DNA of 64,000 bases. Origin: Klebsormidium nitens. Its lineage: Eukaryota > Plantae > Klebsormidiophyceae. The notes under the pieces were generated by a model that saw only the letters and a list, made by a program, of their open reading frames with translations, made no database searches and had not been told where the DNA came from. The stretch is from the NCBI GenBank assembly GCA_000708835.1, contig DF237079.1:62001-126000 (forward strand), given 5' to 3'. This document shows, piece by piece, positions 26,813 to 40,200 of this stretch (the first letter of the stretch is position 1; every line of letters begins with the position of its first letter). The translations under genes and the position numbers were made by a program.

Positions 26813-27327
26813 TCCTTTTCTGAGCTGGTTGAGCCTGACAGCAAGGCTTTGACGCCAATTCTCAGGTTCCTTGGCCCCTGACAATGATAAAAGTAATCCC
26901 TGGGCCTGGGCCTAGGTAGCTGTGTGTGTGTGATCCTGTGAGCTGCTTCTTTTAGTGTCCCATTTCTGCGGACGTGTCGGACGTTCACCTGAGAACAATT
27001 GCGTCCAACATGTCCGAATTAGGGGTTTGGATTAGGGTTGAAGCTCTGACTGGCAACTTGTAAGCAGCTTGTTAAAGCAGCTGAGCTTGCGGTGTCGCCG
27101 CACGCAAATTGCACATGGCACGTGATGGTTTCAAGTTGAACAACCTCAGAATCCGCCTTTACAAGCTGCCAGTAAAATATCGCCAAGGTGGCGCCGGCAC
27201 CATCTTTCCTTTGTAAAGAGGGCGAGAGAGGAAGGCTTCAGGATGTTGTAAAGAGAGGAAAGGGAATTCCTGTGAAGCGAGCAAGGGGCGATCAACAGGC
27301 CAGCGCTTGAATTCCATTGGGGTCGTC

Positions 27328-28800
27328 ATGGGGCAAAAGTCCAGCAAACGGAGGGAGGAGGTTGTGTCGGAAATTGAGAAAAGGATGGTGGCCGCGGTTG
27401 TGGCCAGACACAAAGACCCCAACCGGAAGGTGCCCCCCAGTTTTGATGCAGTTGCGCTAAAGTTCCCGGTCATCAACAAAGCATTTTGTGAAGTGCGAGA
27501 GGTATTCAACAAGTTCGATGTGGATAAGAGTAAGACGATAGACCTTGAGGAGATGAAGGTACGTTTTGAAGCTGTCACGCTGAGTGCTAAGACTGCAGTC
27601 AATTTGAAGGGCTTGCTCTTGCTATGCAAGGTGTCAAATGTGGATGGGAGTGTCTTGAAACAGCAGCCTTATCAGTTTGTCTCAAGTCAATTTGCTGCTC
27701 GTGCGAGCAAGAACCCTTCCAGAACGTAGTCACAATTGCTGCAGGTATCAGAGCGACGGTATTCTGAGAGCAACCCAAAAATTTGCACTTTTGAAAATCG
27801 TTCTGCTGCTGGCAGGCAACTAAACTCTGGAAGCAGCTCCTTGAGGTACTTGGCAAGCTTAAAGCCAACCAACAGTCCAAGTAGGAGCAAACTGCAAGCT
27901 TTGATTGCAGGATGTCTCTGGTTCTCCCAGTTCGATTGCATTCACTTTGTCCTTCTATCCAAACTGCTAAATACAGTCGAACTCAGATTTAGAGGGGCTG
28001 TCGGTGTTGATTGTTTTGGAATGAAGATCCGGGGTTGCAACACTTCCGCTCACTGGTACGAGCAGTGGCTCATCGCGTCTATGCTGTTGAAATGGTCAGT
28101 TTCAGCTCATAGTCTGCAGAGTTCTCGGAAGCAGGCCATCCATTGAGATAGTTTTTCAGCTTCGCGCCATTTAGCTAGCTCAGGTTTATGGCATTTAATG
28201 TTCCAAACATCGAGCAGTGCTTCTTAAGGGCGGCACCGGTGCTTGCACAATACAAACACAACAATGGGGAAAGCTGCCTGGCACATGTTTTGAAATCAAG
28301 TTGTAACCTCGCTGATCAGAAAGCCCCCCCTTTAACTCACTTGCATTCTGTCTATTCCTCCTCCACTTGTGCAGAGCTGTTTTAAGGACCTCCACTTCCA
28401 GATTCCAGAAGGCGAAGTTCAAGCCTATTTCAAGGAGAGTGACATGGACGGATCCGGGAAAATCGACTTCCGGGAGTTTGTTGTCATCATCGCGCTGAGC
28501 TACCTCCTGGCTCCCCCAAGAAGGGATAATGCGCTGTCCCCACAGCTGCAAAAAGCAGTTGAAAGCATTGTTGATGCTTTCATGTTTTGTGACAAGGACG
28601 GAAGTGGATATGTGAGCAAGGATGAGATTACAAACAGCTTTGCAGAGACATGCGGTAACTTGAGACGACCATCAGGGGGCGTTCGTTCGGTTGTTGGACC
28701 GCGGTGGTTAGAGATGGACTGGGATGCTAACGGTACAGTCTCCTTCAAGGAGTTTTTGTTTGCTTTTGCGGATTGGGTTGGGGCGGACGAGGAGGATTGA
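27328..28800 (+). CDS. Calmodulin-like protein with 4 EF-hands (CML21/22-like), predicted N-myristoylated
   Basis: Exons 27328-27558 and 28375-28800. EF loops are DVDKSKTIDLEE, DMDGSGKIDFRE, DKDGSGYVSKDE and DWDANGTVSFKE. The N-terminus is MGQKSSK and the C-terminus FLFAFADWVGADEED*. Confidence 0.9.
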
Positions 28801-30379
28801 CAATAGGTCGAAGCTTCGTTTTGCCGACCTGTGGCCATACTACCAGATGAGCTTAAAGCCGGTAGATAGCCAGAAGAAGCCTGGGGTTCAATCGATCCTC
28901 TTAGGTTGTACTATGATATCAAAAGGAGACTAAGTAGCTAGCTGTATCAATAAGTCAGGATCAAAGGCGGCAGTTTGCGCAGACTTCCAAAACATTTGCT
29001 CGCATACGATTTTCGAAGAACATTTGTGGCATCCACCTTGATGTATGTCAAGGCGGACCAAAGTAATGGTCATACGCCGTTGCTATGGTTTAAGGTTTGA
29101 TTTAGTATCATGCACGCATGAGCAATTTTGCTAAGGCCTCGCGCCGATGAATATTCACGGGTGCAAAACTTATACTTGCAAATGTGATCGCGAGATGTTG
29201 CGACTTGCACTGCAGGAAGTCAAGTGCAAGTCGACCACGGCTCCGAACCGACGTTAAATAGTCAATTCAATTCAGTGACTCATTGAGTTCCCCATAACAA
29301 TCTGGTCGACTCCAGAGCTTCAGGCAACGCGTTGTGTACGTTGGCCCTCATGTATCCAATGATGGACATCTGCATTCCGACTCGCATGCTCTGGCAAATA
29401 AAAATGCGCCTATAAGTTTGTGCAGATATCCGGCACGATCTTTACATAACTCACGGACTTGAAGCTACGTATACAATGCATTGTTCATTCAGTATGTAAC
29501 AAGCTATAGCCGAGTCGCGATCCGCTCAGCTCAGCTAACTGAGCACAACTCGACGCAGGCGGCTAACTATATACTACGCCTATCGCGATGGCAACCATAA
29601 AATTGTATTTTGACATATGAAATTCTATAACCACAGGCTGCATGGCACATGGATTCATGATGTATATAGCATATACCAGGCGTCTCATTCTCCCATAGTG
29701 TTCCATTGTCTGAGCATTGGCTTGCAACTGTGTTCCACAATGCATGCATTTGACGATAACCGATTCACAAGTATTCAAAGTGCGCAACAAATTGCACTTT
29801 CAGTGGCCAACATGAACAAGCATCAATGCAATAGAAGCATGATGATCCGACCATCTTTGCTGCTGCCAGGGACCATGCAATTTTTAAACATCCAAGCGGA
29901 AACCTACCAACCTACCATAAAGAATATTGCACATACTTGATGGAGAAGCCCAAGCGACAAAACGGCTTTGGATTGCAGGTCTGAGCCAAAAGCTGTCTAG
30001 CTAGTGTTCTCGTGCTTCCTTACAAAGGGGAGACAGTGTAACACACTGTGCATCCAGAATGATGCAGATTACATGATGCACTTGTCAAAGGGAATAACGC
30101 CCCTGTCATCTACCCTGACCATGTGACGAAAGCACTGACGCATTGCTAATGTGCCATATATCTGTGAGCAAGTCTATCGCATAAACAGGTCAACAATCCG
30201 TCACCCCAAAAGTTCCGTGTCCACCAACTGAAAGCATAACGAAGACTTATTTGAGACCCTATATTGTGACCTGCATTCTGTTTTCTAAAGCCTACGGGAG
30301 GGTTTTCATTGCGGAAAGGCGCTGCAAAATATCAGTGAACGAACCGTATGTACACGTCCTCCCCTCGTCCTGCAGCATC

Positions 30380-32829
30380 CTACTCCACCTTCTTGGTCTT
30401 GGCACCAGCACGTGGTATCTTGCTCAAAAGCTGCTCATCAACAATTGCGTAGTATTTCCTCGCTTCATCTCCAGCCAGCTTGATGTATTTGTCCACTTCA
30501 CCATGGTACTGCTCATAGAACTTTGGCACCGTGAACCCAATCAGGACCACTGCAGAAAGAAGGACACAAGGGGTAAGTCACTTGAAGTTGCGGCTGATGA
30601 TCATACTTGCATCAATCCACCATGGAAACTGTGACAAAAGGAGTGTCTTTGTATGTCTCTGTAGAAGTCAGGGCTTGATGAGTATAGAGAAACCAACATG
30701 AAAGCAAGCTGACATTGAATATGCTCATAAGAAAGAGGCTGAGCATAAGAATCAAAACAAGCTCAAGCGGTGTACCTAGGAAGACGAGAGTCAGCAGGTT
30801 GAACCACGAGCCCACAGTCGAGATCACGTACAGCGACAGGATGACCTGCAAGAAAGTACTTGTGATCAAATTCGCAACTTCAGAGGAAGCCTCTTTTTAA
30901 TGCTCAGTGGTAGGCAGAAATGGAACTCAGTGGAAGGCAGAATACAAAACATCTCCAACACCATCTCTGAATGATGCCCTTACTTCCACACTAGGCTTGT
31001 TCAGACAGCACTGGAAGAGAGCGTGATACAAAGTCAGGTACATTCAGACGATTGGAATGAGGCAAGGTCTAGATGTCAACACCAAACCCATCTCACTAAT
31101 GGTTTCAGCGTCGGTTTCAGGATTGTGCCGCCAATCAATAACTGCACCCAGATCTTGGCAAGCGAGTCATCACCAGCGAGCTTGATAAAACCAAGTTGCT
31201 GCAAAATTGGAAGTGCACAAAGAACCCGACAGAACCCTCTGCTTACCTTGAAGAACAGGATATAGTCCCTTCCGAGAGCAACATCATGGGCAAGTTTCAG
31301 ACCCTGGTTCAGTGTGACGCGCAGCTCCTTCGCGATCGAGTCTACAAGTTCCTCTGATAGTTCAAGCTTCGGAAGGGGAGGAGGGTTCCTGCCAGCAAGG
31401 GCAACGAGAATTTAAGACCAAGCGTGATGTTCATTGTTTCTACCCCTCTGTAAAACTGTTAACCTCAGTCTTTGTCGTCGGCTCCATACGGGCGATGTCT
31501 ACACTGAAAGATTCCAGTTGCTTCCCATGGTTTCTTGTGAAACTAATGAACCTTGTATTGTAAAAAAAGCTGGGAATATTGCAATGGAATGGGGCAATGA
31601 TCAGCAAAGGACTCTCAACTGGGTCGCATTCCAGGTGCAGTTTCGGCTATGGCGCTGCTTCTTACAACAATCTGGCTCCAGTTGAAGATCCAATTTACCA
31701 GATTGCAGGGCTCTCTTTGACCATACGTAGACATGGCATTGAACAAAGAAAGACGAGAGGTGCTTGAAACTGCGAGCAATGTTACCATTGAACGAAAATC
31801 AACGAATGGTGCCTAAACTAAGCAATGTTGACAAGCAATGTTGCCTAAATCCAACACAACCAGGCCCAAGAAGAGCTGTCAAAATGTCAAAATGGTGAAA
31901 TCAACAATCAGCGGTTGTTTGCTCATAATCACAGTCTTCACAGGGAAGTCTAAATAGGTATTCCGGAGTGTGCTTCGATTAACACCCCTTCGCAGGCAAC
32001 TCAGGATACTCCAGAGTGGGTGCGTCGGATGGCACTTGGTCAAAAAACGCAAGTGCGTCACGCATTTCATTAGCACATATTGCAAGCAGAATTACAGATG
32101 ACACAGATCTAGCAAACAAGAGATCCTCTGAACTGATCGGCTTTGGATTGCTCGTGCTTTCGGTAATAAATCCAGCTGAGCAAGTTTTGAACCTCTTAGC
32201 ACATCTCCTTTTATGCAACTTTCTAAACACCAATTTTAGCAAACAGAGCGTTTGGAGCGAAGTGCTGTCCTCCAAAGATCAAAGAGCTGTGCTTGGGTGC
32301 TCAAGATCTAACATTGCATGCAGCAAGCATGCAGATTGCATTAGTCTCACCTGTTCAGCAGAGAAGCTGCATATGACCAGATGAAGAGCGCCGAAACCAG
32401 GATGAGCAGCACATTCGCGATCAGCGACAGAAGGGTATACCCGGACCACTCGAACAGGATGTACGCAAAGAATACACCTCCCAAGATCCCTCCGCTGAGA
32501 TACATGTTCTTCCAGAGCAGAACATCAGCCACTGCATGGAGAAGAGAGGCTTGTCAGATTTGACTTTGAGTACAGAGCCAAGTAATGATTTTCACAAAGA
32601 CATACCCGCAAACCCCTAAACTGCGAAAAGAGCTGCTTTCAAGGCTCCATCTAGCGACATTGACACGCAGACTTCTGCTAGAAAACTCACGCTGGCCTCC
32701 TCCAAGCGCCTTGTGGACATTCTTTTGCTTCGGCGGGTTGATACTGTGAACCGCCGATTTCATCTCCTCTGTAGCATGGGACGATGCCGGTGCTGCTGCC
32801 ACAGGCCTCGATGCATGCACCTCTGCCAT
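30380..32829 (-). CDS. Reticulon-like protein (RTNLB), 5 exons
   Basis: Exons 32829-32691 (VHKALGGG), 32531-32351 (ADVLLWKN...FEWSGYTLLSLIAN), 31388-31247, 30845-30776 (ISTVGSWFNLLTL) and 30549-30380 (FTVPKFYEQYHGEVD...KTKKVE*, a dilysine ER-retrieval-type tail). Confidence 0.93.
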
Positions 32830-33430
32830 GGTTGCTTGGTTCGTTACTTCCCTCTAGGCGAGTCAAGGGCCTCTCCTAGCACAGACTTCGTCTCCTTGCT
32901 GCAGAAAATGGCGGCCTTCTGTTGCTGAACAAGCTGAACAAGCAAATTGGAATTTGGCTTCCAGAGCTCTGCATGCCAGCGCGTCGTCACCATCTCCTTG
33001 ATCTGTTCCTCTTCGAGTATGGTCCACTCTTCCTCCAGCTGGAGTCACAGAAGGAGCAGGGGGAGTCTGCATGGATTCCTCTACACGAAGAGGAGGATTT
33101 GCGCCGGTAGGTACCTACCCGCCTGTTTCAGTACGGTACCGGTTCTTAGACAACTAGAATTGGTCACAAGTTCAAGTTGCATTTCTTCATGGGATGAATT
33201 CGCAGACTCTGCTCTGAGTCTGAGAGTTCAGCTTCTGTCTGGTGAGAAATTTAAATCTTTGGAGCTCCTCCTTCCTCTTCATAGATTTCAGGGTAAGACC
33301 AGAATTCAATGCCCTAATCCTTTCTGCCCTGATTGATCTTCTCGTGGCGCTGCAATATACGCTGCGCGAGCTTTTGTCGTAGATATTTCTCCAGAGTCGG
33401 TGCGGGCAACAGAAGCAACTAACCTCAGCG

Positions 33431-36098
33431 ATGGAGGATGATGAAGTTGCCTCAGGGAGCATTCCTGCACCTAGCATCCCTGTCAAGTGGAAAAACAAAA
33501 AGTTAGCACGACCGAGTAGTGGTATGGCTGAGCTCGTCCAGGAGATGCAAGAGACTCTTCCAGTGGTGGGTATCTTCCACTGCGGGTTTGTGTGGCTAGA
33601 ACCTTCTGAAGATGAGGTGGAACTTCTAGAGAGGGGCGCCTTTGGCAAGCCGCTGCCCCATGCGGAGATACTTAGAAGGCAGGGTAAGGGGCCTTGGTTG
33701 AGCGTCCTCATCAATGGCTGCGGAATTCGACACCTAGCGCAAAAACAAAGCAAGAATGTTCCACGGCCTTTCGGATGGTGTTAGCCATTAGAGGTCAGAT
33801 TTGGAACTGGAAGAATGATCACCATTCTGCTGTAGACTCGTTGAAGCATGGCTTCTTGCCCACCCTCAAATTGGTGGTGGGACAATGTACAGGCCCCCCC
33901 AGCAGTGCAACTGTTTTAGAACACTGACTTATCCTTTGTGCAGCCTATCCGGAGGAGGTGTTACGGTCCATCGAACGCCGGTCGTTCATTGCGCAGCTTG
34001 AACTAGAGGAGGCATTCTTTCTAGCGTACGCCGTGGGCTGGCTCCACATCAAGGACAGCGTACGTTGCTTCTCTACCCTGTGTTGCGACCAGACGTACCG
34101 TCATCTTTCTCCTTGTTTCCATTGAAGATTCAAATCAATTCAGAGAGGACTGCAACATATGTGCAATATGTCACTGACTTGGAGACTACTACTTGACTAC
34201 TTTGCCATCCGTCCAAGGTGTCAGAGTATTCCACAGGGCTGGAGATTGAGTGGTCATTCCCTGTTCAGCATGTCGCAACCAGCCAAAGCAGCTGACTCAC
34301 GGAAACCTACTTCTTCCAGCAAGGAGTCCGGATACCTGCTACCGAGCTGTGGCGCCTCTTCCAAGAGTGCCGGCCGACCTTCCTCCCCCTCTACACTGCG
34401 TACCACCATTTTCGGTGTAGTGGCTGGGTGGTCAAGAACGGCGTCCAGTTTGGGGCGGACTGGGTCCTCTACCGGGGGCACCCTGGAGAGATTCATTCAG
34501 AGTGAGTGCGAAGTTGTTCCAATGGAAATCGAAGTACGCTCTGTTTTGTCGCTAAGTCTAAGAGGGCGAGTCCCCTTGTGTTTTCAAACAAGGGGGTGGG
34601 TGTGCTCGTAGATCTATCGAAGAAACTGTTTGCAATGTTCCCAACCGATGTCACCGCTTGCGCTTCAGCTGTCAACCGGAGGATCGGCAGCGGTCTCCGT
34701 TCCTGACCTAGTAATCAGTTTGGTTCTTTGAGAGTGCTCTAGATTCGATGATGATGGGACTGGTTGCGCTCTAAGTTCTCAACTGGTAGACTCTTTGTTG
34801 ATCTAGCGGTGCAGACATTCGGTGGTGGGATCGAGTTCGCTGCTTGTACAGTAACTTCAAGCGGGAAGGCAGAAAACCGAGGTCGAGCATGTGGAGAACT
34901 TCTGATCATGCGGAATGATTCTGATTTTCCAGACGCAGCACAAAGTTCGAGTTTTTACCACACAGGATAGTGCTTAAGAGTTCGAATGAGATTCACTCGT
35001 CGAAGTTGGAAGGTCGGGTCACCGGCGTAATATTGGTGCTAAAAGGGGCTTTGAGAGCTTCGTGCACTGACAGCAGCAGAGAGAGGCGTCCCTTACTTAC
35101 GACTCTTCCTTATACACGGCAGTTCTACAGCTTCGTTGACCAATCGAAAGAATCCAGGTAGCTCTGGAGACGAGGAGCTAGAGAGTCAATACATTCTCCT
35201 TGTTTGTTGGTCCTCGTAAGCGACGCTCCCCGTTCATTCCTCCCAGGTACTGCGTGATAGTGGCAGCAGAGGGGCTGCCCCCCAGGCTGGACACGTGGGT
35301 GGACCTGCACTCAGAAACCAGGCTGTGTCGACAAGTGGTGAAGGTGAGCCTTTCGACCACTTCGGGCGGCAACCAGCTCCCTGGTCAACGGTATGAGAAG
35401 ATTGTTCTTTTGGAGGGGACCTCTGTTTACGAGGTCGTCTTAGGCAGTCGTCGCACTTATGTGTTGTTCTCGTGGTGTCAGATTGTCTCGTTTCTGGCAG
35501 GCATTCACGTGAAGGTCTTTAGAGCCCTCTCATGATAGGTCTGCGGCTGTCCGTTCCTACGAGAACCCCAGTCTGGCTTGTTAGACGACGTACAGACGTT
35601 GTGACGAAACTCGACTCCACATATAAGGTCCGCCAGCTCCAAAAGCGTGTCCATGTTCGATTGCGCATAAGACGAGGAGGAGGCGGCTTGAACTTAAGAC
35701 ACCTCTGTGCGAGGGATCAAACTTGGGTCAGATATGATGTACTGCATTGATCCTGGGTAGCATTGCATAGTCTAGTCAGGTCAGTCCCTTTGCTCGCCTT
35801 CAGCCTCTGCCTTTGAATGGGACTCGACGTGTCGTCTTTTGGGACCTTTGCAGTCGGTGTCAATGTATGCGAGCTGGACGCACAGGCTGAGAGCGCCATC
35901 ACTCTGAAAAGTCCAAGCAGAACCTCTGCGAGTGATACTGGCCTTCTTTTTCCGCAGGGCCTGATTCAAGTGAACCTTATCCAAGATCGGGGGACAGCGA
36001 GTGCAGATCCGACGGAACACTTGGCTAGTTTCTCTATTGAAGAAATCCAGATCAAGCGGTGGCAACCTGAACGGCACAGGGAAGGGCCACAGGAATGA
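33431..36098 (+). CDS. SEN2: tRNA-splicing endonuclease subunit SEN2, 5 exons
   Basis: Exons 33431-33683, 33944-34059 (QLELEEAFFLAY), 34320-34501 (YHHFRCSGWVVKNGVQFGADWVLYRGHPGEIHS), 35247-35343 (RLCRQVVK) and 35958-36098 (IEEIQIKRWQPE). The catalytic Tyr, His and Lys positions are present. Confidence 0.9.
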
Positions 36099-37214
36099 CC
36101 AGCAATGCCTATAACGATGGATAGAGTCCCTGGAGGGAGATTTGAGGATGCTTACCGAGGCAATCATCAACAAGACGGGATGATGCGAGCGTACAACTCT
36201 AGTAGTATTTGTACTTGAACTTGCCGGCTCAGATTGCCAGCTTGAGCTTGCAGATGCCAATGTGTATGTCGAGGTAAGTAGGAAAAAACCACGCGTTGAA
36301 AGTTGAACTAGAGCGTGAGGAGTCGTGCCGAAGCCCCTCCAGATAGGATTGCGGAATAAGCTAGCCTATAGGTGAAATCCTATTAATGGACATCTCGATT
36401 GGTGCATGCACTTCGTGCAACTGTCACGGTAGGTATCAGACATCTGTGGCACCATGCCCATCATACGCTGAGTCGATCATGCATGTACAATTCACGACCA
36501 TCTTGTCCAATTGTCAGAGCCTGCAGCTAGCAGCTACAATACCGTACCAGTATTGGATTTCGGCACCTTCAGTTCGACGCCGATTAATTAATTATGAAAC
36601 CTTTTATCCTTTCGGCAGTCGAAGTGCTACCTGCTAAAATAACCATTATCGAACCATTATCACGCTCCAATGTTTTCTGAAATTTTCGGTCAAGCAGATG
36701 ATTATTTATTTGATGCCGAAATTAAATACCGGTACGGGTAGTAAGTCCTACAGTACCATGTGCATGCATGGGCCCCCGGGCTTGCACATGCAGCTGTATT
36801 TATAGAACAAGCTAAGCATTTAGGTATCGCAATGCATCCAATACTAATACCCAGCGTAGGTTCAATTGCATATATTCCATCATTATCACGAGCACTCAGA
36901 TTTTGTAGTTGGATGCAATGATTAAGAGGAGCCTCAGGCCCTCAACTACAAGGCTAGGGTATACGGTATTTAGCTCGAGTCGCATGCACTACTACAAACT
37001 GGATTTCAGTACGTAGAAAGTCGTTCAATGCATTGTGAGCTGACATGCGCTTTGAGTCAATAGAGAACCACTGAAGAAACAGATTAAGATCACATTCTTA
37101 GCGTGCTCGATTTTGAAATTTCAGCTCCTCGTACAAAAGAATCCACTCCTAAACTAAACCTCTCCTGTCACCTGAAATCAGCTACATCTGACAAATCTAA
37201 GAGTGCAGGCAACA

Positions 37215-40200
37215 TCACTGCGCATCAGCCGCGGACTCGATTGTCCCCATGTTGATTCGACTGCTATGAACGCTAAAGCCGAGCAACGAGTTGTCAACCA
37301 CCTTTTTGCCCTTCTTGCCTTTCTTCTTCCCAGCACCATCTGATGCCGTAGTGCTCCTCTGAGCATCATCAGTGCTCTCTGCTGCGCGTACAGTTGCGTT
37401 GGAAGTCTTCTCCGCATGCCTGAACAGCAAGAAGAATATTCATAAAGTTGGTGACCATACGGCATCCGCAGAGAGTGTCCGCAAGAGCGGCATCCACCAC
37501 AAGGACGTTCGTCTGCAGCGCCAATGCTCTGCAGCGCTCAAGAACATAACTGACCACTTCAAAGACCGAAAAACGGTGAATTCCACAATGCAAAACCTGC
37601 CCACCTGTCTCCGACAACGGCTTCTCCCCCGAGGAAGTCTGCCTGCAACACCGAGGCCGGCATGGCGCTGCGGCGCTTGAAGAACTCGGCCTTGAAGGCG
37701 GTCACCTCCGGCTTGTCGCCCCAGTACTCGCTGATGTAGTTCCCGGCCTCGGAAGCAGACGGCAGCGTCATGCAGAAGTCGAGCAGGGTCAGGTCTGCAG
37801 ACCAGGGTTAATAAGGAGGTTAGGGAACGGGTCAAGAAGCGGGCAAAAAGTCTATGGTCAGGAGCACACGTCGGGCGAACGGCTCAGTAACTTTAGCTAA
37901 CAATCATGAAAGAACGGCTGCTAATCAACAAATTTGCAGCGAGGAAGGACAAGAGCTTGGACAGAATACTATCAGGAATCGGAATCGACACTTCCTGCGA
38001 TACCCATGAAACGGACAGGACAAGAGGAGTTCCGCAACAGACTTCTTTCCTAGCGCATCCATTTCCGACGCGGGATTGCGTGAGGACTGCCAAAAATTGG
38101 ATCGTATATTTTGGGGCATACAATGGGTCCAGCGAGCTCAACGTAAGGAAAACCAGACACCATTTGCGAGTATCACGCAAACAGCTCCCGCTGAAAGTGA
38201 TTGCCCCGCTTGTTCGAGCCCAATGGACTACTTGCGAAATCGAAGCGAATACTGCAAAACTCACCGTCCTGTCCCGTCAGTTTCCGCGTCCACTGCTCAC
38301 ACCAACGCCGGAACTCCTGACCAGCCTTGGCGGTTGCCGGGGTGAAAGCGGGTGGTGCTGCAGGTTCCGCTGCGCCTGCGCAGAAACGTTTGAGGAGCAG
38401 TTTAGGCAAGTCGTTTCTTTGCCTCCAAACGTGCACAAATGAACCAGAATCCATCCAGAATCATCGTCTTTGAACATCTTGAGAGCTAGTCAGACGTAGA
38501 AGCCCTTCCCCGGTCCATTTCAAGACTTACCAAGTGCTCCTTTCTTATCCTCCAAAGGATGAGATGACGCAGAGGAAGACTAGCGCTAGAACGAGGAGCC
38601 TCATCGGAGCGGGCTGACGAACCCGTGTCAGGTGCAAGCAAGAGGAAGCCAAGCTCAAGCAGCGGAAGGAGTGCTAAGAGTGCTAAGAGTGCCAATAACC
38701 GTCGCTGCAAACTCCCGTACTCCTGACAAGCTACAAAACCCGTCCTACGCATTAACCTTACATCCCAATTGGCGTCCCAGAATTGCAACCCCCAATTTGA
38801 GAGCTTACGGAACGAACATCAAGGCGCGCAATTTCGCAAGGTCACGAGCAGTCCCTACAAAAAAAACAGCCCTCACCCGCGCCCTTCTTCTTGGCCTTGG
38901 CTCCTGTCGCTGTTGCCGCTGCGCCAGTGGGGGCCAGGGTCGGGAAGTCGGCCGCGCCGGCAGGGGCCCGCGCTCCGGCGACCATGGGGGCCGCTACCTG
39001 CTTGTAACCAGACTGAGCCGGCGCCTTCGGGGTCGCCCAGTTGCCGCCAGCTTGCGGCATGGGGGGGCCGCTCAGTGTAGGGAAAGCGGGCCTGCAAGGG
39101 CCAATGTGTGGCGTTTCAAAAGTGGAACCATTGCAATTTATCGGCTGAGGTATAAAGAGCCAAACGGGGGTGTTTGCGGTGACGGAGGATGGACTGGACA
39201 GAAGCTGGCAGCGCAGAAGCCTAGAGGCCGGACAACCGCAGCAAGGGGGACCAAAAAGGACGTTCACAATGACAAAAAAGCAAAGGCAATGGAGCAACAG
39301 CAAATGAGTCAAAATCAGAACCGGGCAACAAAAGGCACGGAGGCAAAAGTGGCGATCAGAACCCGGCAGAAAGGCTCAGAGAGCAAAGAGTTTGAAAATC
39401 AGAACCAGAATCAAGTCAGGATCCAGGGATAAGGCACCCACTGTGCCGGCTCCTTGGGCACGTTCCCGAGCGTGATGGTGACGTCCTTGCCGTAGTCCCA
39501 GAACAGATCATCGTCATCGTCCACGTGCTGGGGGGGTGCCGGGGCAGCCTTGGGAGGGGGGTTGGCGGGCTGTTGCTGAGCAGCAGCGGGGGGAAAGAAC
39601 GCGTTCGGGGGAGTCGAGCGCTGCCACGGGGCTCCGGAGGGGGCTGCAATAAATGAACAGGATGTTAGAAAGTCTCCCCCTGCTCTCCTTTTCGTTCCTT
39701 CGTGTTCAGTACTTTTTTTGTCAGCTGGTGCTTCAGTACTCTTCGCGATTGTATAGTAAGGGCTTTGTAAGAGCATACTTCCCAATGTACTCTTTGTGGA
39801 GATTGTAGTGATGGGCTTAAACAAACTGGGCTTTGGACAGAAAGAGAGGCACTTGTTCAACGCTGAATTCCACGGGTGATGATGCTGTTTGTAAGGCACA
39901 GATGGACTCCATCCGGGTTGCGTGGTAGGATCCCGCCGAAATGCGCGGATCACTGCTCAGGTAACAGCTTAGCACTCCCATCTTACTTCCCTTTCACGTT
40001 TTTTCGAGAGTTCCTTCAGGCTGGGGACTCAGCAATTCGTCTCGTCGTCAAAGCTCTCCCACGTTCTCGAGAAGATGTTCCCAACCAATTGCCACCTCCG
40101 ATGAACCCATTTCAAACGTTCAGCACACTACGTCTCCGTCCCTCAAACCACCAATCAACGAAGCACAACAGCTTACCTTGCGTCGGCGCAGGCCGTGGCA

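Noticed and set aside
29201-29233. 11-bp stem hairpin CGACTTGCACT/AGTGCAAGTCG (Helitron end?)
   Set aside because: No downstream CTRR terminus and no other element features.
36749-36798. 50-bp imperfect inverted repeat TACAG..CATGTGCA..TGCACATG..CTGTA (mini mariner-like remnant?)
   Set aside because: The arms are short and built from self-complementary CATG/TGCA words that are common in these intergenic regions.
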